Of a DNA stretch of 64,000 bases, positions 21,486 to 34,553 are shown in pieces. The notes under the pieces were generated by a model. It was not told the DNA's origin, ran no database searches, and was given only the letters and a program-made list of their open reading frames with translations. A program made the translations under genes and the position numbers. This DNA comes from Cyanophora paradoxa CCMP329 (Eukaryota > Plantae > Glaucophyta). Position 1 is the first letter of the stretch; each line of letters starts with the position of its first letter. The stretch spans positions 82,064-146,063 of the forward strand of contig QPMI01000026.1 of the NCBI GenBank assembly GCA_004431415.1. The letters run 5' to 3'.

Positions 21486-22940
21486 ATGTTTGTTGGACAT
21501 GCACTTACCAACCTGCAGCCGCGAGCGGGGGAATCTTCATCGGAGGGTCCTTCTGTCGCCCCTGCTTCGTCTTCCGTGCACATCCCTAGCGGCTTCACTC
21601 GCCGCCTCTTGCCAACACGGACCGCCGCAGGGTCAGAGCTCGACTTTAGAGGCGGCGGCTCCTGGGGGCTTGCCAAGCTTGCCCAGAACGGGGCCTTCGG
21701 ATCCTACTTCGACGGCCCTTCCGGACCCTGGCGACTGCACGGTGCTCCTCAGACATCAGACCAGAGGCTGAAACATCTCATTGGACCGCAGACCTGGCGG
21801 GTCGAAAACTGCGCCCCGCCGGACCTGCGGGGGTACACCTACGCGTCGCCGCGGCCTGATATGGGCGCTTCGGCGCCCACAGGCCGCCCGCCTTTGCCGC
21901 GCGAGGCGGTGCGCCGTGCTCAAGTGAGCCGGCCGGTCGCTTGCAGCACCCTCACCTCGCCCGGCCGCGGCGGCGCGCAGGGCGCGTCTGCTATGGAGAT
22001 AGACGACGCGCGGCAGCCGACGCAGTCCGAGGAGGGTCTCGTGCAGCTGTGCCGCGAGTGCTCTCGGGGCCAGCGCCGGACAGAGCTCCTGCAGCTCGTC
22101 GACGTGGACGCGGCCGCCCCCGGCGCCAGCACCAGCGTCAATGACGACATCCACGTCGACGAAGGCGGTCTGCGGTGGCGGTGCGCGCGGGTCCCGCTCT
22201 TCTTCTGCAAGCGGCGTCTGAGGTCTGCCGCAGGCTCGCCTGGGATAACATGCTCTACGTTTCGGAGAAGCACCCCCTGCACCTGCGTCGCGTGTTCTGC
22301 AGACTCTGCAGAACTCAAGTTGCGGAACTTCTGGTGCGAATGAACGCTTACCCCTGATAGCTATAGCTCCTCAAAAAACGTTTCGACGCAGGTTGTGGGT
22401 GGCGCAAACACCATCCGCCTCTCGCACGCCGCTCTGGTCGCGGACCCGCCGCAAGACTTGCAAGAGCCCCCGGGCCCGCAGCAGCCGCCCACGCAGTCTT
22501 CGAGTGGATCCGCTGCTGAGGTGGCGCCCGTTTGTTTTTGTAGCCTCCTGTAGAACCGAGGAACTGAATCAAATCGACAGGAGCGGCGCGCTGTTGTCGC
22601 CCCGTTGGCTAGCGATGAATCCTTGCGTCCTCCACGACCCTCGCCTGCACGTGTGAGTGCCCGGAGCGCGATTTTGAGATTGCGTTCTCAAGATTGATCG
22701 CAGGATGCGGACGTCGACATGCAAAGCGACAACGCGGAACGGGGGACTTCTGCACTGCCCCGCAAGACTCTCTTCTGCGAACGATGCCCGGAGAAGGGCC
22801 ACGAGACCGCTGTCCTGCAGGAAGTGCTCCAGGAGGACGCTGTGCCGGCCGGCCGGAGGATGTTCCGCGACCGTGAGGGAAGGCGCTGGACGTGCGCTCC
22901 GGTCCTGCGCCGCCCGCGGCCGCACTCGCGGCCTCCTTGA
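21486..22940 (+). CDS. Hypothetical multi-exon protein with Cys pairs
   Basis: Exon-like blocks bounded by GT/AG (TWRVENCAPPDLRGYTY; LCRECSRG; CTCVAC; FCERCPEKGHE); no recognisable domain. Confidence 0.3.
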
Positions 22941-23734
22941 AAGCTGATCGTGATTTTCGCCATTAGGGAGGTCAAACCTGACCCCAAGCTGGATAGATTC
23001 ATCCAATGCCCGCAATGTTATCGTGTCTGTGCCAAGGTACGAAGGCCTCGTCATTCTTACGCCGCGGCGCAGCTGACGAGTTCCTGTAGGTCGACGTGGG
23101 GCTGGGGATAATCGAGCCATGGCGGAGCGACCAAGTAGAGCTTGCACACGTTGATGAGTTCTTGCGAAGATTCTAAGATGTAGATTTTCATGATCATGAT
23201 CATGATCTCATGAACGTATGCATGCACATGCACCTGCATGCGCAGGCCTGAGACTGCGGCCGCCGGGCAGCCTGGCAGCAGCTGCAGACAGCATGCGCAG
23301 CGCTATAGCTAGCGCTAGTTGTACGTATACGTCTACATGCATATATAGACCGCGGGCCGGGCTCGCGCGTGACGGCATGCAGCAGTACCACGGGCCCCCG
23401 GGCTCCGGATCCGGGCCCCCGGGCCGGCTTCGGAATTCGAATTCCAAGCCCGGGGGCCCTCAGGGGCCTTGCTTTCCGAAGCTTATATAATTAAGCTTAT
23501 AACTATATAATTACACTGTGACACCCGTGCTCGTGCGCTGCGGCACTGCAGCTGCAGCAGGAGCCGCAGAACTCATGATCATAATCGTGATCAGTGTACA
23601 TTATTATAATCAAATCACTTTTCGTGGGAGGGGGGGGGGGGGGCGGGGGGGGGGCGGGAGGGGAGGGGGAGAGGGGGGGGCGGGAGGAGATGTGAAGGGG
23701 GGGGGGGGTGGGGGGAGGGGGCGTTGGAAGAGAG

Positions 23735-23768
<34 letters not shown>

Positions 23769-23810
23769 GTTCCAGAGAGGGCCAGCCACCAAGCTGGAAC
23801 GGAAAGGGGC

Positions 23811-25750
23811 TCAGGACCACGTAGGGTGCCCGCAGGGAAAGGTGTGGTTCGGGGCAGGGCCTGGGGCTACAGTCAGGGTCGATCGCGAGAGCGATCGCGA
23901 GGGGCGGAGCAGCGGGAGCAGCACCGCCGCAGATCCAGCAGAGCTGGTACCCGCATTGGCAGGTGATGCAGTTACAGCCGCCGTTCTTCGTCACGCCGTG
24001 CCCGCAGCGGCCACAGACCTGCAGAAAAAAAGTCACGACACAGAGAGAAGGGTTAACGGTTATCGCACCCTGCAGCTCTGACGAATCAAGGCCGCGGTTC
24101 TGCAGCGACGAGCTGGAATCAAAGAGCAGCTTTGACGGCGAACTTCGCAGAGTACAAAGGGGGCGCACGCGTCCTCGCCCTCCTTGCCGTTCTCGCGCTT
24201 CCACCGTTGGAACTGCTCGCAGTTCATGTCTGCGTGCCACTGCGGCGGCCGCTAAGCGCCAAGGCCGCTAGCCTCGCCAGCTCGGATCGGAGCAGCAGGC
24301 ACCTGGCATTGGCATTGCTGGCACCAGGCGTAGCCGCACTCGGGGAACGGGCAATGGATCATGGCGATGTTGGGGTCGATCTGCAGCATGCGGGTCAGGG
24401 GGGGTGTACACGACTCGCTTCGCTGGGCTCTTTCTTTCCACTCGCCTCGCAGAAGCCCTTGCACCCGGGGCGGCGGCACTGCCTGCGCGGGACTCGGCAC
24501 CGCGCGGGAAAGGGGCGGGGGAGGTGGCGAAAGGGGGAGGGGGGGTACCAGGCGCGCTCCCCGACCAGCTCTCTGAACTTGTCGATGTTGATAGCGTGGA
24601 CCGCCTCGGCCATTTCGCCCCCCGTCGCGTTCTGCGGGCGCGCGCGCGTGAGAGCGCGCAGGAGGAGGAGAGCGGCCGCGGGCTCGGCACCTCGAGATCG
24701 ACCGTGCTCCAGCGGCCGGGGCAGCCGTCGGTGGAGGGGCACTGCGAGAGGGGAAGTCAGCGAGGCTCGACGGGCGTGGACAGGAGAAGGGGGGCGGAGG
24801 CGGGCGGAGCAGTGGAGGGGGGGGGGGGGGGGAGGTTCGGGAAAATGGCCCTATAGCTAGCCCCAAGCGCTCTGCACCTTCGGCTCGAGATGCCGCGCGC
24901 CTATTTCTGCCTTCGCGTATCTTTCGGCGCACTTCCAGTGGAACTGGTGGGCGCAGCAGCCCGCCTGCGGCGGCAGTGAGCGGCTGCGGGGAGAGAGGTC
25001 AGGCGCGCTCGCCTGGAACATCAGGTCCTCGGCGACGCGATCTGTACACATGGAACACTCCTGCACTTCGAACTGCTCCGCTGCGCCCGGGCATTGGGCA
25101 TCGCTGCGCTACTGCGCCCAGGCGGCGAACCGCAGATCCGGTCCGCCTCCACTTGTCGTTCGCGCTCCCGCTCGAGCCGCTGCGCCTCGCGGGCCGCCTG
25201 CTGCCGGGCCGCCTCCTCCTGCTCCGCCCGCCGCTGCGCCTCCCACGCCGCCTGCTGCCGGGCCGCCTCGTCGCGCTCCCGCGCCATCCGCTGCTCTTCT
25301 TGGTGGCGCCGGAGCGCTTCCTCCTGGCGCTGCTGGATAAGCAGCCGCCGCTGCTCTTCGACCGCACGCTGATCTGCGCCTAGGCGATCAAAGGGCCGCG
25401 GTGTGCCCTGATCATGGGCCGCCCTCCGCCCGCCCAGCGCGCACCCCGCTGATCGCGCTGGGCGCGCTTGTGCTCCAGATCGATGCGGAGCTTTTCGATG
25501 CGCTCCTTTTCCTCCTGAACTCGCCGCCGCAGTCTGAAGAGCTCGCGAGTCGCGGGGTCGTCTGGGCGCCAGCGCAGCAGGTTCTCGCTGACGCCCAGCT
25601 CGAACACCATCTGAAGGTCCTCCAGCTGTCGCAGATTAAGCAAGTCCACTACAGCTGGAGGTTGGTTCTGCGGGCGCTCACCTGCCGCTCTTCAATGAGG
25701 GCCTTCAGGCGCTTCTCGTGTACAGAAGCATCTGGTGCGGCGTAGGACAT
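23811..25750 (-). CDS. Second RBR E3 ubiquitin ligase with N-terminal coiled coil
   Basis: RING1 ECSMC..CCAHQFHWKC..CPSTDGC; IBR CRRPGC..HCPFPECGYAWCQQCQCQWHADMNCEQFQRWK; RING2 CGRCGHGVTKNGGCNCITCQCGYQLCWIC. Confidence 0.88.
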
Positions 25751-27235
25751 TACTGACAGGCAGATGCGGAACTGCCGATCCTGGCCGGGGCCGGGCTGCC
25801 TCGAAGTCCGGAGTGACTGTACCCCCAAAGTGAAGTCCGTGACTGTCCGTCGTAGTCCGAAGCGCCGAGGCGGCAAGGAGGCTCCCTTCCCCACTTCGAG
25901 AACGTGAGGCAGCGCGATCTCTCGCGATTTCTCACATCAAGATCTGCTGGACAGCTTTCGAAGCGACTGCTACCGGTACTTGACAGTTCCCACAGTTCGC
26001 GGTGCTTGACCCACTTTTTCGCCAAGAGATGCTCATCTATCGGCTGACTGTGTGCGCGCGCCCACAGCCTTCAGCTGGGAACTCGCCCCGCTTGCTCTCC
26101 TTTCCCGCGGTCCGATCGCTTGCAGTCGCGCTTCGACGATCATAGAGTCACGTTTCCTTGCTTCATGGATCTTGGAAAGGGGCGCTTGCCGCGATGCGAC
26201 AGCCGGCACCGTCGCGCGGCTCGCTCGACCGACTGGCGCGGCGGGGGCGCCCGTCGGGCGCCGGCGGGGTTGGTGAAGTCTTTGGCAGTGCATTGATGCG
26301 TAATTCGGCAGGCTGGCACGACCTCGGCCGACCGACCCCCGCCCCGCGGCTCGCGTACCCCTCCCCGGACCCCGCCGACCCCACAGCTGGATTCCCCGGG
26401 GTCGAAAACCCCTGAATCAAGTTCAACGGGTCCGTGGGGCGAAGGTCGGTTCCTCCCCACAGCCCCCACCCCCCTTTCCCCCCCCCCCCCCCCCCCCCCT
26501 CCGCGCCGTTCTCTTTTTCCGGAGCTGCCTCGGCAAGGTGGTATCATGGGGAGGGGTGCGGTGGCGGCGCTGCGTTGCCATACGGCGCTAACTGCCTACT
26601 TGTCAATCAGGGAGGAGGGAAGACAGGATAGGATCCTTGTGCTGGGAGCTCGCGACGTTGACATGGCGGGCCCCCCAGCAGCGAGCTGCCTCGCTCGGGT
26701 GTGTGGCCCTTTTTCGGGTGTGGCCCAATGTCGTCGAGTCCTGCCGCCCCGCCCTTCAGGTTCCCGGCGCGTGAGCGACGGGAAGGCCCGCGTTCTTCTG
26801 CGCAGGGCCCGCCCCGCCTCAGCTACCTGCGGCGAGCGCTGCTCGGCCCGCCCGCGCCCGGCATCGCGTCGTCGCGATTGAATGTCGGTCCGCGAACCCC
26901 ACTGGCCACCCTCGCCTGTACCCTGACACGAAAACAGGTTCGGAGGGGCCTGCAAGGGGCTCCGCGATCGCGAGCTGGTCCGCCCCGAGTCCGCCGCCGC
27001 GTGCCGGCCGGCCGACCGACTGATATCGATCATGAGCCGATTTGGCCCCGGCCCGCATCTGTACGGTCACAGACTGTACCCTTGAGCTTGTCAATATATT
27101 AATTGCAATTGGTTCATGCACAGTACATCATGAGCTTTCATAAACCATTAAACCATTCATCTCTCTGATACCAACTTATACTTAGACCTACATCCAAAAA
27201 AAGTGCTATGTGCTTGAAAATTCGGGAATTCGGGA

Positions 27236-29763
27236 TCAATTCTGATGGAACGTGTTACCGTTCACAACGCAGGCGCTGCCTGGCAGAACATTGACGCCGC
27301 CGCAGCTTGCATACAACGGGTTCGAGATGCGTTCGAGCATGTTCTCCTTCACAGTTCCCTTGCCTTGCTCTGCCACGCAGATCCCAAACCGCTGGTCGTG
27401 GATCCTGCGGGGAGCCGGCGCGGGGCTGACGTTAATGTTAGAGGAAGAGGCATGAAAGGGCCGCCAGGCACCGGTTGCCTTGTATGACGGGGTCCGCGCC
27501 GCCAACAGTGAGGAAGCCCAGCCCCACGTTGCCGTAAATATCGTTGCCCTCCGCCATGCCACACGCCTGCCGTTCGAAGCGGAAGGCCACCCCGCCGCAG
27601 TCGTGTACTACGTTCCCTGCGCCGCGCAAATTGTCCGAGGTTGGTAACCGACGCAAAATGTCCTTATACACGGAGCAGAGCTGAAAGCCAATCACGCACG
27701 GCGCAGCGTCGGGGCTGTCCCCTCATCGCGGACGTAGATGCCGATCGCCGAGCTGGAGACGTCGCAGTCCTCCACCACCGCCCGGCTTCTGGCGTGGATT
27801 TCTACAGCACACTTGTCCCCAATGCTACGGATCGTGATGCCGCTCACGCTCGGCATTGCGGAGCCCGCGAAGGACAGAGTAGTTCCACGGCCCCATTCAA
27901 GGACGGCATCCCGCGACCCGACGATGCGCACATCCTTGGTGAGCAAAACCTGCTCCCGGTGCCTGCACCGAGCACAGGCGTTAGGAAGCGAGAACCAGAC
28001 TATATCGCACAAGAGGCACGCACAAGCCCGGCGCGAGTCGGATCGTCTGACCTATGGCGGCAAGCCTCACAGCATTCATGATGCTCTCGCCTCGTTGCAC
28101 CTGAACCTCCACAGCACTGTCTGCAGCTGTCTGCTTGCACCGCCACTAAGAATGGCCCAGCGATTATGCAGCATGTGGATTGACGCACGTCGGAGCTCGC
28201 GGCCACCTCTGCACAGAGCCGCATCGCTTCGAGTTGCGACGACAGGTCCTCCGCTTGCTGCTCCAGCGTGCCTGAGCCCGCGAACGCTCAGCAAATTGTG
28301 GCCGTCCCGGGCGCGTGGGCCGCACCCTTCTCGCGCGCGAACCGCGCCACGAGGTCGTCTCTCTCCTGGGAAAGGTCAGCATTCTTCTGAGCGAGGTCTG
28401 CCTTCTCTCCAGCAAGTTCGTCCTTCTCTCGTTGGGCCGCCGCCAGCTGCGTCTCGGCCGCCTCTGCATGGAGCCACATCACTTCGAGTTGCGACGACAG
28501 GTCCTCCGCTTGCTGCTCCAGCGTGCCTGAGCCCGCGAACGCTCAGCCAATTGTGGCCGTCCCGGGCGCGTGGGCCGCACCCTTCTCGCGCGCGAACCGC
28601 GCCACGAGGTCGTCTCTCTCCTGGGAAAGGTCAGCATTCTTCTGAGCGAGGTCTGCCTTCTCTCCAGCAAGTTCGTCCTTCTCTCGTTGGGCCGCCGCCA
28701 GCCGCGTCTCGGCCGCCTCTGCACGGAGCCGCATCGCTTCGAGTTGCGACGACAGGTCCTCCGCTTGCTGCTCCAGCGTGCCTGAGCCCGCGAACGCTCA
28801 GCAAATTGTGGCCGTCCCGGGCGCGTGGGCCGCACCCTTCTCGCGCGCGAACCGCGCCACGAGGTCGTCTCTCTCCTGGGAAAGGTCAGCATTCTTCTGA
28901 GCGAGGTCTGCCTTCTCTCCAGCAAGTTCGTCCTTCTCTAGGGCAAGTCGCGCGAAGAGATCCCGCAGGCAGAGCCCTGTCCAAGGTCACGCGATCCGCG
29001 CGGTGGGCTCGGGGCAGAGAGCCGGGAAGTGCAGTACCGAGGTGCGCCTCTCGATCCAAAATGGAGAGTTGTGCAGTGCAGCCGACATCAGCGTTGAGGC
29101 ACGGTCGCTGGCACACTGCCTCGTGCGCCTGCACAGGACGGGCCGGGGTGGGTCGAGGGAAGAGGCGCAGGGAGAGGCGAGAGCGCGCACCTCCAGCTCG
29201 ACGATGCATACACGCGCCCCGCAGCAGCGGCAAACGCCCCACCCCTCCGGGCAGCGCTCCACGTGGGCCGCGAAGGTGCCCACATTGCCCCGCCACTTGC
29301 AGCCGCGCTCCAGGAACCGGCAGCTGCATTCGCGGCATCAGAACGAGAGCGATCTGCTTGTAAATCTGCCCGAAAGACACGCACTGCACTCTCAGATCGC
29401 TGATTTGGCGGCTGACGAACGGCGCGGGCCGGAAGCGCTCGCGGTCAACGACCTCACGGTCGACGGGGCACCAAAGGCTCTCCTTCATGTACTCGTACTG
29501 AAAAGGGTAGCCCTTGCCTTCTGCCATCCTCTCCGCACACGCCCGGCAGAGTGCGTGGTCGTTCGAACACCCAAGCAGCGTCTGAGCACGCGCAGCAATT
29601 GCAACGTCGAAACCAGCGAGCATGGCGGCCCAGGCCAACAAGGGCGCACCGGCTCACGCATGACGAGTAAACAAATGGAGCATACGAGCTCGAGCCCGCT
29701 CGCCTTCGCCTCCTCGCCAGGCTCGAAGAACTCCGATGGCCACCCGCCCTGCCCGATGGCCAT
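27236..29763 (-). CDS. RING + TRAF-type zinc fingers + repeated coiled coil + right-handed beta-helix (FBXO11-like PbH1) protein
   Basis: LVCSICLLVMREP/..CSNDHALCRAC..CPVDRE..ISDLRV; CRFLERGCKWRG..AHVERC; PCLNADVGC..REAH. Beta-helix repeats (VVEDCDVSSSAIGIYV; GNVVHDC; EGNDIYGN; GNRIHD). Confidence 0.85.
28195..28939 (-). repeat. 3 x 255-bp tandem exon+intron repeat encoding coiled coil
   Basis: Units start near 28200, 28455 and 28710; each is a 201-nt exon (TLEQQAEDLSSQLE..REKDELAGEKADLAQKNADLSQERDDLVARFAREK) plus a 54-nt GT-AG intron. Confidence 0.95.
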
Positions 29764-30240
29764 GGCGTTGCAGTTGCAATTGATATGAGCAGCCATTCCG
29801 ACGGTCAAGCCCGGGCGGCTGAAGGCGACATGCAGCTGTCAAAATCGCTCAGGCCTAAGCAGCGCGGCAGATCTAGACAGCTGCAGGGATACCTGCAATC
29901 CGGCGCCCTCCTCTGGTCCGGCCTCCCCGGAGCGCGTTGGCCAGCAGCTCTAGATCTGTTCTCAGATCTAGAGTCTCTGGTTCGGCGCTGGAGCGCTCTA
30001 TACCCCGCCTGCGTCGACGTCGGCCCCCCCCCCCCCCCCCCCCTCCCCCCCCCGCCCCATATGCGCATGCATGGCCAAATATGCTAAGACGCTATATATT
30101 TTGCTGAATTTGAATCAACTCATCAGTGACTCATACGGTACCGGTCATGGTACCGTATCTAAGCCTGCTTCAACCCCAGCCGGAAGATGATCGATTCTAG
30201 CTGCACTAGAATACTGATCCTGCGGCTGTGCTGCAGCTGC

Positions 30241-33122
30241 CTACAAGTCCAGGTCGTCGTCGTCATCATCCATCGCGGGGGCCGCCACCTTCTTCTTCGA
30301 CTTCTTCCCCCCCGCCCCCGCCGCGGCGGCGGCGGCGCCTCCGCCGCCGCCCCCGCCCCCGCCGCCCTTCATCAGCGCCTTCATCTTCGCGATCGACGCC
30401 GCGGTCGCCGCGGCGTCCTCCTCCTCGTCTTCGCCCTCTCCCTCGCCCTCCTCGTCGTCGTCCTCGTCGTCCTCGTCTTCGTCGTCCGAGTCGCCCTTGC
30501 GGCCCCTCCGCTTGCCGGCCTTCTTCTTGCCTCCGGCGCCCTCCTCCTCCTCCTCGTCCTCCTCCTCCTCCTCCTCGTCCTCGTCCTCGTCCATCCCGTC
30601 GGGCACGTCCTCATCCTCGTCCTCGTCCTCCTCGGAGCTCTCGCTCTCCTCCTCTTCCTGCAGCAGGTCGTCCCCTGCGCCGCGCCGTCAGATTTGATCC
30701 CAGAGATATCAAGATACCCAACGGTTTCGAACCTTCGGTGAAGGTGACGAGGGGCCGGAGGGGCCGCGCGGCGCGCCGCGCGGCGTCGCCGACGCGCTGC
30801 CGGTCGATCTGGGCGAGCAGAAGGTCGAACTTGCCCTGCAGCTTCAGGAGACGCTTGAAGGAGGCTACGCGCGCGTCCACTGTCTGGTACAGGCCGGCCA
30901 GGCTCTCGCTGAGGCCGGGTACGGTGACCAGGTACCTGCCGGAGCCAGATCAAATTCGAGTTCGAATTCAAATTCGAATTTGAACCGCGGATCAAATCCG
31001 CGCACGAGGTGTGGAGCTGGAGGACGGCGCGGATCCAGACCGCCAGCGAGGCCGCCCGCGTGGGCCGCTGCGGGCGCGTGCTTAGCTAACTTTCTTCGCG
31101 CGGGAAGTGGGGAGGGTACACACCGCCTCGAACTTGGCCACGACGCGCTTCAGGAACGGCAGCACCGACGACGTCGGCAGCCGCGAGACCGTCGTCTGCG
31201 CGTACCACACACGTCAGGGGGTACAAAGCCGGGAGGGGGGTACGCGATGTGACTCGCCTGGATGACGCGCTCGTTGGTGACACGGAGGCACTGTTCCAGG
31301 AGGGTACCGTCGCCCGACTGGAGGGCCTGGACCAGCAGCGGCTGCAGCGAGTCGGCCCGCGGGGGCGCCCGCTCGGCCTTGGCGGCCCCGGCCTTGCCGC
31401 CGGCCTCGCCCTCCAGACCCAGAGCCGCGACCCGATCCTCGAGCGTCTCCTCCTCGTCCTCCTCGTCCTCGGCTACGATTCCGTCCGCCGGCGCCGGCGC
31501 CTCCTCCTCCTCCTCCTCCTCGGCCGCCCCGCCCCGCTCCTTGCGCTTCTTCTTGCTCTTCTTGTCGGCCTTGGCGCCGGCGGCGCCGCCGTCCTCGCTG
31601 GTGTCCATAGCGGCGAGGCCCGACTGGAGGCCGGCGGCAGCCATACCCGGCAGCTTCGTGTCTGCTGGGCCCAGCGTCCGCACGCGCCCGTCGCCCGCCG
31701 CCCCCGCCCCCGCCGCCGCCGCTGCTTGCTGGGGGAGCAAGAGGCCCCCGCCCTCGCCGGCCGCCGCCTCCAGCTTGACCCGCCGCTTGGGCGCGCCGCT
31801 CGCCTCGTCGACGTACGCCACGCGCTGGATGACGGGCCGCAGGGCCGATCCCCGCACGACCACGACGGCGCCGCCGGCGCCCTCCGCCTCCGCCGCGAAG
31901 TGCGCCCCGAGGACTTCCTCGCCCGCCGGCGGCTTGATCACGCAGTCGGGCTTGCGCGCCGCGCCGGGCGCGCCCTCCGCCGCCGCCGCCGACGCGCCGC
32001 GCGCGTCGTAGCGGTAGACGTTGACGCTGCCCGACGCGGAGACGGCCAGGAAGTCGTAGAGCTCCGAGCCGTCCCGCTGCCTCCGGAAGTCCAGAGACAC
32101 GGCGGAGCCGTCGAGCGTGAACGCTGCGCAGCGGCCGGGTCAGGGCGGAGCCTCGGAGGCGGGCCGGGCGCGGGCGGCGGGCGGGAGAACGGACCCTGGA
32201 GGGCGCTGGGGTTGGAGGCGGGGCCGGCCGCGTCCCAGAGCGACACGAATCGCTCCTCGGCGACCGAGCAGGAGGCGAAGAAGCGCCCGTCGCTCGAGGG
32301 GCAGAGCGCCGTGACGGGCTGCGCGTGCCCCGCGAAGCGCCGCGCCGCCTCCCGATCCGAGAGCCGGACCTGCTTGATCGTCGACGAGGCGACGATCACC
32401 TCCTCCTCGTCCGGCGGGCACAGCGCCAGCCGCTTGAGCGCGTGCTTCGCGCCCTGGAACTTGCTGCGCGAGCGGGGCGGCCCCGCCCCGCGAGTCAGCT
32501 CAAGATATCGCGCGCGCGAGCGAAGCGAGCGCCGAGAGGGCGCACCCGACCGCCGCGCCCGTGAGCAGGTCCCACTCGATGACATGCTTGTCGTCGGAGC
32601 AAGAGTAGAGGCGCGTCCCGGCTGCGTTGAAGCAGAGATCGTTGACCCGCCGCGTGTGCCCGTCCGGCCCCACGCCCGTCCCCTCCTTGTTCGCGCCCAG
32701 GCGCCTCGCCACCTCCCCGCGCGCCAGGTCCCAGATGACGATGAAGCCGATCTCAGTGCCCAGCGCAAGCACCGAAGACTGCGACCGCGCCGGGCGCTTC
32801 CCCTTCTTCTTCGGCGCTCCCTGCGAGTGCGTACACCGCACCGAGTGCGTCAGCGGGCAGCGCGAGGTGCTGATCGCGACCCGCCCTCGCTCGGTCGCGG
32901 CTAGCCGGCTGGCGCGGGGCGACCCCTGCGTGATCCCGGCGGACTCACCTCGGCGCCTGGCGGTGCCCACGCGACGCATGTGTACTTCACGACAAGGTGG
33001 GACGGTTCCGCGTATTCGCCGCGGAGGCTGCCGGAGCTGCAGTCCCACACTCGGATGCGCGAATCCGCCGAGACCAGCGCGAAGCTGGTCGCGCTCGCGT
33101 CGAAGGCGGAGCAGGCCGCCAT
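30241..33122 (-). CDS. WDR43: WD repeat protein 43 / UTP5 (SSU processome)
   Basis: FALVSADSRIRVWD..LRGEY..YTCVAW; LALGTEIGFIVIWD; GHTRRVNDL..LYSCSDDKHVIEWD. Utp12 domain SLQPLLVQALQSGD..LLEQCL..TVSRLP. Acidic tail. Confidence 0.92.
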
Positions 33123-33612
33123 TTCTTCCCCCCTTCTGCCGGGTACGGCTCTGGGTAGGGGTACGAGGGTCCGCAGCAGAAACAGCAGCCAGCCCCGCCG
33201 GCCTTGGAGGACACTCGGACCAGCCTAGCTAAGCAGCCATGACGCAGTACTTCCCTGGGCCGCGGGGATCCCGCGATCCGATGCACATGGACCATCGCAA
33301 CGTTGGCGGCTTCGATGCCATCCTGCAGGAGAAGTGCGGTCCCCGCTGCTGTGGCCGCGCTCCTCATGCTGACGGGGGATCGTAGGCTGGCACACAGGAC
33401 GAAGATGATGGGAGTCAGGTGCGGCCTTCACTTGGAGAGACGTTGCCCCTGCGGGCTAGCTAAGCCGGGTGCTGCAGGTCAATCGTCGACTGCGGCAGGC
33501 CAGAGACATACGACATACTGCGAGCCAAGCAGAGGCCGAGTGAGCCCGCTCCGCGGCTCGGATGCGCAGCGGTTCGAGGTGGGCGGCTGACCGCGCCCTC
33601 GCAGAGAGCGCC

Positions 33613-34553
33613 ATGGCAACAGTGACTCGCCCAAAGACGGGGGACGAGTACACGGAAGTCCGGGAGGCGTTCCGGCGGGTCGCCGCGGCCAAGCCGGCGA
33701 TCCAGAACTACAACCCGGCGGCCTACGGGCGGGCGCAGGCGCTGCGGGACTCGAGGGAGCGAAAGGAGGCGCGGGACAGGGAGGCGCACGAGGCCGTTCT
33801 GAGGAACATGCAGCGGCGCATGCAGGCCTACAACTCGGCCACCGAGCAGAAGAAGAAGTGCGCTCCGGGCGGGCCACGCTTCGCGCGGCCCCTCCCGCCC
33901 GCCCGCCCGCCCGCCCGGCCGACGCTCCGAGCGCGCGCAGCCCGTACAACACGGTGTACAACCCGGCGCTGATCCTGCGGCGGGGCCCCAACTCGACGGC
34001 GTACACGATCAGCGCTATCCCCGCGCGCCCCGCCTCGTCCGCCTCGCAGCGGCCCGGCACGGCCCGGAGCACCTCGTCGCTCGGCTCGTCCCGCGAGCGG
34101 CCGCAGTCGGCGCGGCGGCCGAGCGCGCGGGACCGCGACGACGCGCTCTACGGCTCCTACACGGGCTACGGCGCCCCCTCCGCCTCCGCCTCCTCGCCCC
34201 TCGACAACGACGCGGGCGCCTTCGGCGACTCGGACCTCGTCGTACCCCGGACCGTGACGACGGAGGCGGAGATGCGGTCGGAGCTGAAGCACGCGCTGGT
34301 CTCGGCGATCGTGGCGGGGCGCCTCTACAAGTCGCGCGCGCTGACGGCCCTCTTCGAGCGCGCGGCGGCCCTCAACGCCGCCCACATCCCCTACGAGATC
34401 ATACAGGCGCGCTTAGCTTAGCTTCCCGTAGCTCCAGCTCGAGCGCTCCTCGCCCGCCCGTACCCCCCGCCGGCTCTCACCGGCCGCGGGCGCGCTTCGT
34501 TCGCGCAGGACGTCGTGCTGGAGCTGAAGGCGGACCTCGCCATCGAGAACTAA
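33613..34553 (+). CDS. SPATA7-like ciliary protein
   Basis: N-terminal FRRVAAAKPAI and C-terminal LVSAIVAGRLYKSRALTALFERAAALN...LELKADL resemble SPATA7 conserved blocks (from memory). The last intron has a GC donor at 34407. Confidence 0.5.

Noticed and set aside
23391-23470. GC palindrome cluster (GGGCCCCCGGG..GAATTCGAATTC..CCCGGGGGCCC)
   Set aside because: Short palindromes (AGCT, CTAG, GAATTC) are pervasive in the intergenic DNA here; no specific element is evident.
25900-27100. Short ORFs between RBR2 and the RING-TRAF gene
   Set aside because: No domain signal or consistent exon chain.
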